Origin: an uncultured Methanosarcinaceae archaeon
GTDB lineage: Archaea; Halobacteriota; Methanosarcinia; Methanosarcinales; Methanosarcinaceae
Reading direction: 5' to 3'
NCBI GenBank assembly: GCA_963847185.1
Contig: CAWJYV010000007.1
Location: forward strand, 320,001 to 384,000
DNA: 64,000 nt
In this document: positions 23,601-34,529 of the stretch, in pieces
Numbering within the stretch: the stretch's first letter is position 1
Layout: each line of letters begins with the position of its first letter
Translations under genes and position numbers: made by a program
The notes under the pieces: generated by a model
Told to the model about the DNA's origin: nothing
Seen by the model: only the letters and a program-made list of their open reading frames with translations
The model's database searches: none

Positions 23601-24035
23601 GGTAAATTGGACTGAAAGTGGAGCGTAACCTTCGCTTACATTAGTACTGAAGTTTGCTACAGGGAATATTAGGGCAAGTTTTTCAAGAACAGTTATTATA
23701 CCAGTTGTCGAGTTTGAACTATTTCCATCGTTTATTGTCAGATTTACGGTGTAGCTTCCTTCTACAAAGTAAGTGTGTGTTGGGTTTTGCTCTATTGAAT
23801 TAGCTCCATCTCCAAAATCCCAGATCCATCCGGTTGCATTTTCCGATAGGTCTGTAAATTGTACAGAAAGAGGAGCATTTCCACTGCTTACATTGCTACT
23901 GAAATTTGCTACAGAAGTATAAGTCTCAGCATATGCAATAGAAGCAGTCATCAATCCAAAAGAGGATAAAATCGAACAGAATAACAATACCTTAAAAACA
24001 TTGGATTTTTGAAATTTCATCTTAGAATCTTCCAT
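20667..24035 (-). CDS. Secreted surface protein made of 13 PKD domains
   Basis: Signal peptide followed by 13 counted repeats of VANF...APL.V.F.D.S...W.WDFGDG...NP.H.Y...G.YTV.LTV.N; no C-terminal anchor. Confidence 0.92.
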   Translation of the reverse strand: MEDSKMKFQKSNVFKVLLFCSILSSFGLMTASIAYAETYTSVANFSSNVSSGNAPLSVQFTDLSENATGWIWDFGDGANSIEQNPTHTYFVEGSYTVNLTINDGNSSNSTTGIITVLEKLALIFPVANFSTNVSEGYAPLSVQFTDLSENATEWKWDFDDNGAIDSTDRNPRYDYAAPGTYTANLTVSNENGTNFKLVIITVLEKPAPIFPVANFTTNVSEGYAPLTVQFTDLSENATGWAWDFGDGIKDSENRSPIHEYAVPGVYAANLTVNNANGTNSTSINITVFEKVAPIFPVANFSTDVSSGYAPLTVQFTDRSENATVWNWAFGDGASSTEKTPLHTYSAAGNYTANLTVSNENGTASRVATITVLKEPEVLPVADFRSNVTTGYVPLAVQFTDLSKYATEWEWDFGDGTSSTEQNPMHTYSAAGNYTVTLTVNNEAGTDTETKAGYIIINPVSPKLVAAFIASPISGDAPLKVVFTDRSTGLPISWRWDFGDGANSTKKNPKHTYFAEGNYTVNLTISDGNSSNSTTGIITVLTVIPAYPPVANFSSNVTSGNAPLAVQFNDRSENATAVSWDFEDDGSIDSPDRNPVHIYATPGTYTVNLTAINANGAGSKFANIIVQAVEQIYPVASFTSNVTNGTAPLSVQFTDLSENATGWNWDFGDGVNSTEQNPKHTYFTAGNYTVSLTASNENGTNSMLASINVSESPVLPVANFSTSVTSGYVPLSVKFKDRSENANEWRWDFGDGTNSTKQNPTHTYSVAGNYIVSLTVGNGNGTDSKLAPINVSALPVTHVADFTSENVPFAVKFTDHSENAIRWRWSFGDGTESTEQNPTHAYPTAGNYTVNLTVNNGKYKDSLTGIINVQAVIPIHPVANFSSNVSSGFAPLSVQFNDSSENAIVWIWDFGDGNSSPEQNPIHTYSAAGNYTVSLTVSNENGTDVKSSYINILNNSNVLVAAFTSSSTSGSAPLNVSFTDQSTGLPISWIWNFGDGNTSTEQNPVHVYNNPGLYTVSLTASNAGGNNTLTKSSYIAVSNSITAPVATFSANTTSGSAPLSVSFTDSSAGLPTSWVWTFGDGNTSTEQNPAHVYSNAGLYTVSLTANNPGGSSTETKYEYIKIN

Positions 24036-24996
24036 AATGTCTCAATTTTATGCTCAATTTAATGGTATTTAGGGGGCCAAAGCTTACGTTATTTACAAAA
24101 AATCTTAGGAATTAGGTATTGAAATACCCGGGATTTCTGTGAGCCTACCACTAAAAAACAGCTCATTTGAAGGGAATCTCACCAAAACTTTTTGATTTAA
24201 TTAAGCTTATTGACATATTCTTTAAAACACTGACATTATAAAAATTTTTCTAAAGAATATAGTTTATTCGAAAGTAGAATCAGAATGAAGCAATGATGTG
24301 TAAAATTATTGGGACTTTGACACGTATATAAACCGAATGATATACATTCCATACAATCTTGAAGGCAATAGCTTCCAGAATAGTAAACGACATTAACATT
24401 TTATCTAAGGTATATCGAGGAGGGGGAACATTGACTTTTGATATGAAACGTATCTATGCTCTTTGATTTTACGCTCCATTGTCTTCAAGAACCAAGAGTG
24501 TTATCAGGCCACAAATTTTTGATACTGATTAATTAAGTTATTATTACTATATATGTTAAAAAAGTACAAAATATCTCAGTGTATCCAAAATGGTTTTACA
24601 GATGGTCAAAAATAGATAAAACAATCCTTTTTAGTTTGTTTTCACTCAAACGGTTACTTATATTTCTTATTTCAGAAGAAAAACTTCAGATTGAAGTCTC
24701 TGTGGACTGAAGTAGGTGGAATTAGGATAATAGTGATTTGAGCAGCAAAAATTTGAATATAGTTATTGGATAGAAGATTGAAAATTACTTGAAGAATCAA
24801 TATCAGTGTTCCCTGGGCAATAACGTTGTCCGTCATAGATGCAATGAGAAATTTATTTGGTATTGCTATTGATGGAAAACTTCTAATACCATCGTTGTTC
24901 GCTTAGGCAACATAAACGCTGCTAGAAAGATTCAAGATCTTCTAAGCACAAAAAATAGAATTTACGCTGAAAGTGATGGGCGCCTGAAGAAGGCGC

Positions 24997-25971
24997 TTAC
25001 TTCAACATGCGGGCAGCATCTTTTGCAAAGTAAGTAATAATAATGTCTGCTCCTGCTCTTTTGATCGAGAGAAGGGACTCATACACAGCTTTCTTTTCAT
25101 CCAGCCAGCCGTTGGCTGCCGCTGCTTTAATCATGGAATACTCGCCACTCACGTTATATGCTGCTGTCGGCATTCCGAACTCTGTCTTGATTCTGTAGAC
25201 GATATCCAGGTAGCTGAGAGCGGGTTTTACCATTACAATATCCGCCCCTTCAGCTATATCCAGGGTAACTTCTCTAATAGCTTCATCCGTATTTGCAGGG
25301 TCCATCTGATAGGTGGAGCGGTCTCCGAAACAACAGCCAGAATCGGCTGCTTCCCTGAAAGGCCCGTAAAAGGATGAACTGTACTTTGCAGCATAAGACA
25401 TGATCGGAATATTATCAAAACCACTAAAGTCAAGAGCTTGCCTGATAGCTTCTATCATTCCGTCCATCATTCCGGATGGAGCTACCATGTCCGCTCCTGC
25501 TCTTGCGTGGCTGACTGCAATTTTTCCTAGAATATCAAGGGTGGGATCGTTCAGAATCTCTTTTGTTTCGAAATCAACTATTCCGCAGTGCCCGTGGCTT
25601 GTATACTCACACAGGCAGATATCCGTGATCACCAGGAGTTCGTCCCCAAGTTCAGCTTTTATCCTTCGAATGGCTTCCTGAATAACATCAATTTCCCCCC
25701 AGGAAGAACTTCCTTCTGCGTCCTTAAAAGCAGGCACTCCGAAGAGAATTACTGCAGGAATCCCGAGTTCCGCAATCTCTCTTGCTTCTTTTGCAACTTC
25801 TGAAAGAGGGAATTTATACATTCCAGGCATGGAAGAGAACTCAACAGGGAAATCAATAGTTTCATCCACAAAAATTGGTTGAACCAGGTCGTCCACAGAT
25901 AAAATAGTCTCACGCACAAGGTCCCTGATCTTTCCTTTTCTCAACCGTCTTAACCTGATATCCGGAAACAT
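24997..25971 (-). CDS. hemB: Porphobilinogen synthase (ALA dehydratase)
   Basis: [14 protein letters not shown] zinc site, [27 protein letters not shown]. Confidence 0.96.
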   Translation of the reverse strand: MFPDIRLRRLRKGKIRDLVRETILSVDDLVQPIFVDETIDFPVEFSSMPGMYKFPLSEVAKEAREIAELGIPAVILFGVPAFKDAEGSSSWGEIDVIQEAIRRIKAELGDELLVITDICLCEYTSHGHCGIVDFETKEILNDPTLDILGKIAVSHARAGADMVAPSGMMDGMIEAIRQALDFSGFDNIPIMSYAAKYSSSFYGPFREAADSGCCFGDRSTYQMDPANTDEAIREVTLDIAEGADIVMVKPALSYLDIVYRIKTEFGMPTAAYNVSGEYSMIKAAAANGWLDEKKAVYESLLSIKRAGADIIITYFAKDAARMLK

Positions 25972-26000
25972 TTGATCACTCCTTAAACCAAAAATTACTC

Positions 26001-27323
26001 TTATGAATTTCCTTTTTCCAGAACCCGATTCATCTCATTTTCACAACCGGGTTTCATTTTTTCAAGCCTTATCTTCTCTTTTTCGAGGCAGAAAACTCTT
26101 GAAACTATATCAAGGAACTCTTCATTTCCAAGTTCTGCAGCCTGGCGGAGGATTTTGGTAGGCTCGGCCAGGATCTTATTAACAATAGAATGAGTAAGAT
26201 CGTCAAGAACTTCGGTTTCAATTTCCCCTATGGTATGATAGGCACTGAGTCTGTTGACTGCCTTTTCCCTTTCCCTTATCCGGACGTCATACACCTGCCG
26301 ATACAGATCTGCAATAAGACGGTCGGCTTTATGGCGTTTGTACTGAAGGTTTAAAAGCCTGATCTCTTCCTGAATTATAGCTTCGGCTTTTTTAGCTTCT
26401 TCCTTTCTCATTTTAAGAGTTCTTTCGCTGATAACTCTGAGATTATCAATATTGCAAAGCTCGACATTCTCCAGTTCAGCAGTCGATTCTTCAATATCCC
26501 TGGGGTTTGCGATATCTATCAGGAGGAGTTTACGGTTTTTATTTCTGACTTCCAGGGCATTTTCAATCATTTCCCTGGTAAGGATGTAGTGGGGAGCTCC
26601 TGTCCCACTAATTACGACATCAGCATCCTTAAGATGAGTCTGAATGTCATCAAGTCTGACTGCATGCCCTCCTAATTCGTAGGCAATTTCTTCAGCCTTC
26701 TTATAAGTACGGTTAGCAATATATATTGCTTCGATATCCTTTTCAGCCAGGGCTTTTGCAACAAGAACACCGATCTCTCCTGCTCCTATCACCAGTACGG
26801 ATTTTCCTGTGAGTCCTTCCAGGATATCCTCTGCCAGATCCACGGCCGCAGAACCTATGGAAACCGAACCCTTATTGATTTTTGTTTCATTGCGGATTCT
26901 CTTTCCTACCTGAATTGCTTTATCAAAGGCAGTATCCAGAATTTTCCCGGTTGTTCCCTTTTTCTTGCAATAAGCGTAGAGCTCCTTTATCTGCCCCAGG
27001 ATCTGGTCTTCTCCTACGATCATGGATTCAAGCCCGCCAGAAAGCCTGAGCAGGTGTTCAAGGGATTCGTCATGCCCGTAGAAATCGATAATGTGGGTGG
27101 AAGCTCCCATTTCCTTTGCAAAAGAGAAAAGTATACTGCTGCTCTTGGGGGAAACAACGTAGATTTCAACACGGTTGCAGGTTTTTAATACAACACATTC
27201 GTAAATATACTCATGACTACACAGGTTATGGAGCAGTCCGTCCAGATCTCCGTGCCAGGCGGACTCCATTTCCTCAATCTTTGCTTTTTTATGGGATATG
27301 ACCATACTTGAGATTTCTGTCAC
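26001..27323 (-). CDS. hemA: Glutamyl-tRNA reductase
   Basis: [37 protein letters not shown]. Confidence 0.96.
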   Translation of the reverse strand: MTEISSMVISHKKAKIEEMESAWHGDLDGLLHNLCSHEYIYECVVLKTCNRVEIYVVSPKSSSILFSFAKEMGASTHIIDFYGHDESLEHLLRLSGGLESMIVGEDQILGQIKELYAYCKKKGTTGKILDTAFDKAIQVGKRIRNETKINKGSVSIGSAAVDLAEDILEGLTGKSVLVIGAGEIGVLVAKALAEKDIEAIYIANRTYKKAEEIAYELGGHAVRLDDIQTHLKDADVVISGTGAPHYILTREMIENALEVRNKNRKLLLIDIANPRDIEESTAELENVELCNIDNLRVISERTLKMRKEEAKKAEAIIQEEIRLLNLQYKRHKADRLIADLYRQVYDVRIREREKAVNRLSAYHTIGEIETEVLDDLTHSIVNKILAEPTKILRQAAELGNEEFLDIVSRVFCLEKEKIRLEKMKPGCENEMNRVLEKGNS

Positions 27324-27458
27324 AGAGAGCCTCCGGATAGAATGAATAAGGGGAATAGAATAATAATATAAGGAGCTGTAAATTAAACTTTGTCCAGAAT
27401 TCTTAACCTTTTTTCATTAAAGGGTTTCCATGTATAGTAAGTCTTAATTCACAGAACA

Positions 27459-27575
27459 ATTTTATTTGCAGAATGACTTTAACTAAAGACTATTTTATTC
27501 GCAAAATGACTTTAATTAAAGATATTTATTTGCAGAATAATTCCAGTTAAAGATTATTTTTATTTGCAGAATAAA
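27459..27575. repeat. Degenerate ~31-33-bp tandem repeat, 4 copies
   Basis: tttatttgcagaat(g/a)a...taaaga units between sirC and hemA. Confidence 0.75.
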
Positions 27576-27626
27576 ACAATTTGTAGAGTATTTTCTCTCT
27601 TTGAAATCCCTCTAGTTTCTTCAAGC

Positions 27627-28298
27627 TTATCGGGAATTTTCAAGAGAATTCGAGATTATATCGTATGCTATTTCTGCTGCTTTTTCATAAGACTCGGAAA
27701 ACCCATTCCAGACAGTTTCGCTTTCCAGGACTTCCCAGAGGATTTCCTTTCTTTTCCTTTGCTCAGCAACATTTTGTTTGAGGTAGGTCCTGAGTTCATC
27801 CTGAAGCCGGATCATGTCCGAATATGCAGGAGTTATCAAACCTTCTATCTGCTTGCGGGTATATTTTGAAACTGCAGGGCTATGTCCGAAAGTGGAAATC
27901 CCTATTACCAGGTCTCCTCTTTTGATGACTGAAGGGACTACAACACTACCTAAAGCATCGACCTGATTAATCAAAATATCGCTTTCCTGTGCAATAGTAG
28001 TGATCTTCTGGTTAAGCTCGAAACTGCTGGTTGCAGGTATAACTATGAAGGCCCCTGAAATGATTTCCCTTAACTTGAAATCCGTAGCTACAGAAAGATC
28101 AAGCCTTATAAGCCGAATCTGTCCTGAGGCTTCGAGTTCCTGAAGCCGTGGGGAAAACTCAAGGCTGACAACAAGGGTGTCTGCGCAGCTACAGAAGAGT
28201 TCCGCCTTGCGTTCCCCGACAGAGCCGCCCCCAAAGATAACTACCTTCCTGCCTGACAGGTCAAGCATAAGGGGAAGAAAATTATTTGTTTCAGCCAT
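27627..28298 (-). CDS. sirC: Precorrin-2 dehydrogenase (SirC/Met8 family)
   Basis: LPLMLDL...VVIFGGGSVGERK, INQVD, GISTFGHSP; within the heme cluster. Confidence 0.88.
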   Translation of the reverse strand: MAETNNFLPLMLDLSGRKVVIFGGGSVGERKAELFCSCADTLVVSLEFSPRLQELEASGQIRLIRLDLSVATDFKLREIISGAFIVIPATSSFELNQKITTIAQESDILINQVDALGSVVVPSVIKRGDLVIGISTFGHSPAVSKYTRKQIEGLITPAYSDMIRLQDELRTYLKQNVAEQRKRKEILWEVLESETVWNGFSESYEKAAEIAYDIISNSLENSR

Positions 28299-28373
28299 AA
28301 TCAGGAGCCTCATAATTGAAATGTTTGAATACGTCTCTTTTTGCTTCTTTTTGTCTCTTCTCAGGACCAGGCT

Positions 28374-28841
28374 TCATAGTCTGACGCCGGTTTTCTTGAA
28401 TTCCCGCTCACTGAAGAAGAGAGTATAATCTTTAATTCCCGTAGCTTCTGAAATCCTGCAAGCCACCTTCTCGCAGTCTTCAGGAGTATAAGAATGAACC
28501 ATGGTGAATAGATTATATGGCCAGTCCGGATATCGAGGGCGTTCATAGCAGTGAGTTACTTCGGGAAATTCGGCCATTGTCGCTCCTACCTTTTCTATCC
28601 TCTCATCTGGAACATTCCAGACACACATAGCATTGGCTGTGATTCCTATTGCTCGATGTCCTATTGAAGCCGCAAAGCGTCGGATTTTCCCGGTTTTCTG
28701 AAGGTTTTTGAGCCTGTCAACAACTTCCTGCTCACTTATTCCGAGTTCAGCAGCAAAACTCCTGAAAGGAGAGTGGGTTAGTGGAATCCCGTCCTGAACA
28801 AGTTTGAGCAGTTCTACGTCTGTTTCATCCATTTTTTTCAC
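28374..28841 (-). CDS. ahbB: Siroheme decarboxylase beta subunit (Lrp/AsnC-like)
   Basis: [34 protein letters not shown]. Confidence 0.88.
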   Translation of the reverse strand: MKKMDETDVELLKLVQDGIPLTHSPFRSFAAELGISEQEVVDRLKNLQKTGKIRRFAASIGHRAIGITANAMCVWNVPDERIEKVGATMAEFPEVTHCYERPRYPDWPYNLFTMVHSYTPEDCEKVACRISEATGIKDYTLFFSEREFKKTGVRL

Positions 28842-29395
28842 CTGATGTCGAACTTCACATTTATTTTGAAGAGACGCTTTGTAGGGAGATTCAAAAGCTG
28901 ACAGCCGGTTTTTTCCCGAATTTCGGAAATGATATCTTCAAGCCTGTCTTTATCCGGAGCAGAGAGCGTAAACCAGACATTATATTTTGCAGCACTCCGC
29001 AGGTAATTATGAGAAACTTCGGAGTACTCATTAATGAAGTTTGCAACTTCTTCTATCCTCTCATCTGGAACCTTCACGGCAACCAGAGTACCTACTCCAC
29101 CCATATTTTTTGTGCTGAGAATGGGTCCTATTCGCCTTACTGCCCCTTTCCTATTGAGCTCACGTAGTCTCTCAAGAAGCTCGATTTCGGAAAGGCTGAG
29201 TATTTTTCCTAACTCTTCAAATGGCTCAACTTCTAAAGGAACTTCCTGCTGGATCAGGTTCAAAATCTTCTTATCGATCTCATCGAGTTCGGGTTCAGGA
29301 ATTTCTCCTTCATAAGGCTCCATCTCAGAGGTGAAATCGGTCTCCTCTTGCTGGAGCCGATTGTTGTAATTTTCAAGTTCAATCATCCTGATCAC
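28838..29395 (-). CDS. ahbA: Siroheme decarboxylase alpha subunit (Lrp/AsnC-like)
   Basis: [13 protein letters not shown]...YNVWFT, LP..RLFKI; adjacent to ahbB. Confidence 0.88.
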   Translation of the reverse strand: MIRMIELENYNNRLQQEETDFTSEMEPYEGEIPEPELDEIDKKILNLIQQEVPLEVEPFEELGKILSLSEIELLERLRELNRKGAVRRIGPILSTKNMGGVGTLVAVKVPDERIEEVANFINEYSEVSHNYLRSAAKYNVWFTLSAPDKDRLEDIISEIREKTGCQLLNLPTKRLFKINVKFDIR

Positions 29396-29398
29396 TAT

Positions 29399-30448
29399 TC
29401 ACTTTTTTCCGGGCCTGTAGATACAGTAAGGCTCTTCTTCAAGATAATCGCCTGTTGCAGCATAAGCTCTTGCTCTGCAACCTGCACAGACCTTTTTATA
29501 TTCGCAGATTCCGCATTTACCCTTAAGTTCTTCCGGATTCCTTAGTTTTCTGAAGACTTCGGAGTTTTCCCATACCTCTCTAAAGGGCTGTTTTCTTATA
29601 TTGCCAGCAAGTACAGGCAGGTAGCCGCAGGGGTAGACCTCACCTACGCTGGAAACAAAACAGAAACCTGTTCCTCCAAGGCAGCCTTTTGTCATAGCTT
29701 CGTAGCCATGAGTTTTCACGGAGATTTCGATGCCCTCTTTTTTTGCCCGCTGGCGCATAATTCTGAAATAATGGGGCGCACAGGTTGCTTTCAACTGGAT
29801 TTTTGATTCTTTCTGCATATCATAGAACCAGTGAAGAATGCGTTCGTAATCTGCAGGAGTCACTTCATCGGATTCTTCTCCCCTGCCTGTCGGAACAAGG
29901 AAAAATACATGATATGCAGCTGCTCCAAGCTCTTTTGCAAGCTCAAAAGTCTTTGGAATTTCTTCAAGGTTGCGCTTTGAGATCGTTGTGTTGATCTGAA
30001 ACGGAAAACCTGCTTTTCTCAGGACCTCAATTCCTGAAAGTGTCCTTTCAAAAGCTCCTGGCATTCCCCTGAACTCATCATGAGTTTTCGCAGTCGCTCC
30101 GTCGAGGCTTATACTGAGCCTCTGAACTCCAGCATCTCTCAATTTCTGCACCAACTCAGGCGTGAGAAGGGTACCGTTTGTTGCGAGTACAACACGAAGC
30201 CCGGTATCAGTGCCGTAACGGGCAATTTCCAGAACGTCCGGTCTGGTGAGAGGTTCTCCTCCGCTCAGGATGAGGATGGGCTTTCCAAGTTCTGCAACCT
30301 CGTCAATGAAATGTTTAGCTTCGCCAGTGGTAAGCTCCCCTGCTGGAACTGAAGAGGTGGAAGCTCCTCTGCAGTGTACGCAGTTCAGATTGCATCCTGC
30401 AGTCAGTTCCCATGCAATAAGCCTTGGTGCGTTTGTCATGACAATCAT
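29399..30448 (-). CDS. ahbD: Radical SAM heme synthase (NirJ-like, SPASM domain)
   Basis: CNLNCVHC, ATCAPH, GCLGG...PCGY, GKCGICEYKKVCAGCRARA; first gene of the Ahb cluster. Confidence 0.85.
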   Translation of the reverse strand: MIVMTNAPRLIAWELTAGCNLNCVHCRGASTSSVPAGELTTGEAKHFIDEVAELGKPILILSGGEPLTRPDVLEIARYGTDTGLRVVLATNGTLLTPELVQKLRDAGVQRLSISLDGATAKTHDEFRGMPGAFERTLSGIEVLRKAGFPFQINTTISKRNLEEIPKTFELAKELGAAAYHVFFLVPTGRGEESDEVTPADYERILHWFYDMQKESKIQLKATCAPHYFRIMRQRAKKEGIEISVKTHGYEAMTKGCLGGTGFCFVSSVGEVYPCGYLPVLAGNIRKQPFREVWENSEVFRKLRNPEELKGKCGICEYKKVCAGCRARAYAATGDYLEEEPYCIYRPGKK

Positions 30449-30721
30449 AAATTAATGTTATACTGATGCTGTCAAAGTTTAATGAGATTTACAAATTAAC
30501 AATGTTTGGAAAGTCGGACTTCTTCTCTGGATATTGAGTAAGGGTTGAAGTCAACTTTACTGAAAGTTAGCTTAATTGAAACTTGAGAGGTCATATTAAT
30601 AAAGTAATATTAATATTCTGTCATTTAAAACGAAATATTGTAAAAGAGTGCAGGAAGTAAGTCTTCATCCTGTTGGAAAATTGAAGACTTTACTATCAAG
30701 GATGATCCATTAGAGATTAGA

Positions 30722-30888
30722 GCTCTTCGCTGTTTTGTATGGGTTGAAAATAATTGCTTAGTTGAAAAATGACTACTTCAAATGGATAAACAATGATCCT
30801 GAATCTAGTTTTTCCAAATAAATTGTTTTCAAACATTACCCATATTTGGGAAGCAATTATAAATTACCCACTCGAAATAGCGAAGAGC
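30722..30888. mobile_element. MITE-like element with long imperfect TIRs
   Basis: gctcttcgctgttttgtatgggt...taattgctt pairs with aagcaatta...acccactcgaaatagcgaagagc. Confidence 0.7.
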
Positions 30889-31093
30889 CATAATTAATTT
30901 ATCTGAGTCCAGAGAACCAATTTTGAGTTTTGGGATCAGCTCTATCAAAGAGTGAAGCGTAAAAAAATTCTTAGATCTGCGAAATAATTTAAGGATACAA
31001 CATTGATCAAACCTGAAAAACTAGCACAATTTCCTTGTTTGGAAAAAAAAGATATATTCTTGTGCTTACGATTTTCAGTAATTCCCTCATTAT

Positions 31094-31300
31094 CTATAGT
31101 TTTTCTGCCACGTTAAAAGTAATTCTAAATTCTGTTCCCAGCGTTCTCATAATCTCGATTTCTCCATCCAGATGGCCAACAAGGGCGCTTACTAACTGCA
31201 ATCCAGGTGACTCAAGACTTTCCAGCTCTATGTCCTCAGGAATTCCTTTTCCATTATCTGAAATTATCAGGCTGAAAAGGGATTTATTTGTTTCTGTTTT
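31094..31300 (-). pseudogene. C-terminal remnant of a sensor histidine kinase (HATPase_c)
   Basis: FSLIISDNGKGIPEDIELESLESPGLQLVSALVGHLDGEIEIMRTLGTEFRITF; the sequence upstream is not kinase-like. Confidence 0.8.
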
Positions 31301-31548
31301 TTTCAATCGACGAATGGGAAAACTGTAATCTGGTGGCTCACTATCCACGCAAATTAATAATACTAACAGGGAAAATTCAAAATGAACTCCAGAAAAGATA
31401 AGGTCCCGCACAGAAAATACGAACAGGAAATTCTTCGAATTATAGGCACAAAAATATGAAAGTACTTGAAAGACTTTCATGCCAAAGTAATAAGAATCTT
31501 GTGAAGTTATTTACTTTTATCGTGCCTTTAGTGATCGAACTGTGGTTT

Positions 31549-32664
31549 TTAATTTTTAATTGTTTTTAACTCCACCAGGGTTCTCGGATTGATAAAACCG
31601 CTTCTAAGCATATGGTCAGCAAGTACGAGGGCAACCATTGATTCGGCAACCGGCACCATACGCGGAGGTATTGTTGGATCATGCCTCCCTTTGATCGCGA
31701 TTTCTGCGTTTTCTCGGGTTATAAGATCTACCGTTTGCTGAACTTTTCCTATTGAAGGGGTAGGTTTTACGGCTGCCCTACAGACAATGTCCAGACCCGT
31801 TGAAATCCCTCCAAGAATGCCGCCTGCATTATTTTTTGAACAGGTTATTTTTCCTTCCTCAATGCGGAAAGGATCGTTCATTTCACTTCCACGCATGCGG
31901 GCTGCTTCAAATCCGGCTCCAATTTCAAAACCTTTGACTGCGGGAATGCTCATAAGGGCCTTTGCAAGGTCTGCATCCAGCCGATCAAATACAGGTTCTC
32001 CGAGACCTGCAGGTACTCCTCTTATAATAAGCTCAATAATGCCTCCGATACTGTCCCCTTCCTGCCTCAGGGTTGCAACTTTTTCAAGCATTTTCTCAGC
32101 AGCCTCAAGATCTGCACAGCGCACTGGAGTTTTTTCCACGTTTTCAAGGATTTCTTCAAAAGATAGGGGCTTTGCCCTGATAGTTCCGAGTTCGAGTACA
32201 TGTGCTGCAATCCTGATCCCGAACCTGGCAAGCAGGAGTTTTGCAAGGACCCCACCTGCAACTCTGCCTATCGTTTCACGGGCTGAAGACCTGCCTCCTC
32301 CACGGTGGTCTCTCATTCCGTAACGGGCAATATAGGTAAAATCAGCATGCCCGGGGCGGGGAGTGTCTTTAATAGCATCATAAGCCGAAGATCTGGCGTC
32401 CGAGTTCCAGATCAGCATGGAGACAGGAGTACCTGTGCTCATTCCTTCGAAAACTCCGGAAAGTATCTCTACCCTGTCAGCTTCTTGGCGGGGGGTAGAA
32501 ACTTCGCTCTGTCCTGGCCGCCTTCTATCCAGTTCTTTCTGAATATCGGCCTCGGAAAAAGGAAGCCCTGCAGGTAACCCGTCCACAACTACGCCCACAG
32601 CCCTGCCGTGGGATTCACCCCAGGTGGTGATTCGAAACATCTGCCCGAAAACGTTTCCAGCCAT
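31549..32664 (-). CDS. aroC: Chorismate synthase
   Basis: [42 protein letters not shown]. Confidence 0.97.
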   Translation of the reverse strand: MAGNVFGQMFRITTWGESHGRAVGVVVDGLPAGLPFSEADIQKELDRRRPGQSEVSTPRQEADRVEILSGVFEGMSTGTPVSMLIWNSDARSSAYDAIKDTPRPGHADFTYIARYGMRDHRGGGRSSARETIGRVAGGVLAKLLLARFGIRIAAHVLELGTIRAKPLSFEEILENVEKTPVRCADLEAAEKMLEKVATLRQEGDSIGGIIELIIRGVPAGLGEPVFDRLDADLAKALMSIPAVKGFEIGAGFEAARMRGSEMNDPFRIEEGKITCSKNNAGGILGGISTGLDIVCRAAVKPTPSIGKVQQTVDLITRENAEIAIKGRHDPTIPPRMVPVAESMVALVLADHMLRSGFINPRTLVELKTIKN

Positions 32665-32669
32665 GCATC

Positions 32670-33566
32670 TTAACTGGTTTTTTTGCTATTTGATTTTTGG
32701 GGTTGGTGTAAGGAGGGTTCGAGATGTACAACTACATCAGAAATATCCTTATATTCTCCTTTCAGTTTTTTGCTAACTTTATGAGAAATAAGATGTGCAT
32801 CCTCAAGAGACATATCTGACTGAAGAAGAATATGCATGTCAACCTTGATATCTCCCATGCTTCCTCGAGTCCTGATTTTATGACAACCCATTACCCCTTC
32901 AACTCCCATTACCAGTTCACAGATCTCTTTTTCTTGAATTCTGGACATGTCCAGAAGTGCCCTTGAACCCTCTTTAATAATTTTATATCCTGCTTTAAAA
33001 ATCAGAAAAGAGATCACTACGGCTATTACAGGGTCTATAAAAGAAAAACCTAATTTTATTGCAGCCAGGCTCACTAAAACAGAAAGGGATACATAAATAT
33101 CACTTTTAGTATGCATTGAGTCTGCTATAAGAACCTGACTTCTCAGGGATTTCCCCTGTTTATACTCGTACCTTGTTACAAGATAATTAATACACATTGT
33201 CCCAAGTATTATAAGGAAACTTAAAGCTGTAACCTTTGGCGTGCTCGGAGCAAGAAATCGATTAACAGCATTCTGGAATATCTCGACGCCAACAAATATC
33301 AAAAGTAAGGCAATAAATATAGAGGCTAGGGTTTCATATTTTATATGTCCGTAAGGGTGCTCACTGTCTGGAGGGCGGGCTGCAATGAAACTTCCAGCCA
33401 ATCCTATAATGTTTGAGGCTCCATCAAAAAGAGAATGGTAACCGTCCGCAACCATGCTTAAAGTGTTGGTTAGAGTTCCGTAAACGATTTTGGCAAAAGC
33501 AACTGCAAGGTTCAGAAGCAGTACATAAATAAGAACTCGCTGGACTTTTCTATATTTCTGTAACAT
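32670..33566 (-). CDS. Cation diffusion facilitator family transporter
   Basis: [38 protein letters not shown]. Confidence 0.92.
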   Translation of the reverse strand: MLQKYRKVQRVLIYVLLLNLAVAFAKIVYGTLTNTLSMVADGYHSLFDGASNIIGLAGSFIAARPPDSEHPYGHIKYETLASIFIALLLIFVGVEIFQNAVNRFLAPSTPKVTALSFLIILGTMCINYLVTRYEYKQGKSLRSQVLIADSMHTKSDIYVSLSVLVSLAAIKLGFSFIDPVIAVVISFLIFKAGYKIIKEGSRALLDMSRIQEKEICELVMGVEGVMGCHKIRTRGSMGDIKVDMHILLQSDMSLEDAHLISHKVSKKLKGEYKDISDVVVHLEPSLHQPQKSNSKKTS

Positions 33567-33788
33567 AGTCTGAACCCCCATATTTCGAACTGTAAGAAAC
33601 CCGGATACAAAGCATAGATAAAAAGGATCTTACGCAGCTAAGTGCCATCAAAAAACTATTGCTTACATACTAACTTAGCTTTTATATAATATTCTGTTTT
33701 TGAAAAAGAAAAATTGAGATTAAAATAAAAATAATAGCTTGAAGGAAGAACGGAACTCGCTGGAAGGAAGAAAAAAGAAAAAATGAAT

Positions 33789-34529
33789 TTATTCACAGCC
33801 TGCCCAGGTCATGTAAGCGTCCACTATTTCCTGTCCTTCAAGGAATACAAGTTCGTGTTCTTTACCGTATTCTTTTGCCTTTACTTTTGAAAGGGCTTTC
33901 CCATTATCATCATCCAGCATTTCGCAGACTACCATTGCAGGGGTAATTCCTGCCATACGGGCAAGAGCAACTGAAAGTTCGGTCTGGCCTTTTCTTTCTT
34001 CTAGGAGGCTTTCTGCGGCTCTCAGAAGGGCCACGTGCCCCGGAGTTCTGAACTCATTTCCAAAATGGATTCCATCTCCGGAAAGGCTTTTTTCTGTTAT
34101 TTCTCCTACTTTTCGGATAGTAAGGGCTCTTTCATCATCAGGGATACCTGTTCTGGTATCTCTGTGGTTGACCCAGAGAGAGAAGGAAGAATGAGAATCG
34201 TATTTAAGGTCGCCGTCTTTTTCTACAACTTCTCCGAGAATATCGCTGGTTTTGCTGGCTTCCCTGACGAGTTCTGCCATAAAAGGCAGGTTTAGTTGCT
34301 TTGATGCCACAGGATCTATTGCCACGCAAATAAGGCCGCCTGCATCTTTTCTCATCCATTTGACATCTTTAAACGTGATCGCTTTTGCAGGAATTACAAG
34401 GTCGGTTTCCCCTTCCCTTGAGTCCGAATCATAAATCTGGATCATTTTTCCGGCTCGCAGAGCTTTAAGCGCCCGGTTGACATTTTCATTTCTGTACGTA
34501 AAACACTCGTATACTATCTTTTCGTTCAT
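33789..34529 (-). CDS. ribB: 3,4-dihydroxy-2-butanone-4-phosphate synthase
   Basis: DSDSREGETD, TGIPDDERA, FRTPGH, RKGQTE, VCEML. Confidence 0.93.
   Translation of the reverse strand: MNEKIVYECFTYRNENVNRALKALRAGKMIQIYDSDSREGETDLVIPAKAITFKDVKWMRKDAGGLICVAIDPVASKQLNLPFMAELVREASKTSDILGEVVEKDGDLKYDSHSSFSLWVNHRDTRTGIPDDERALTIRKVGEITEKSLSGDGIHFGNEFRTPGHVALLRAAESLLEERKGQTELSVALARMAGITPAMVVCEMLDDDNGKALSKVKAKEYGKEHELVFLEGQEIVDAYMTWAGCE

Noticed and set aside
20667-24035. Diversity-generating retroelement target/template pair
   Set aside because: No reverse transcriptase in the window and repeat differences are not adenine-specific.
24036-24996. Possible degraded gene between the PKD gene and hemB
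   Set aside because: Only short frames with no family I could recognise; needs BLASTX.
27459-27575. Possible mini-CRISPR
   Set aside because: No unique spacers; it is a degenerate tandem repeat.
31301-31480. N-terminal part of the 128-aa ORF
   Set aside because: Not kinase-like; chance open frame attached to the HATPase remnant.
33624-33640. aggatcttacgcag, resembling the AGGACTTACGCA TIR
   Set aside because: Imperfect and no partner end found.
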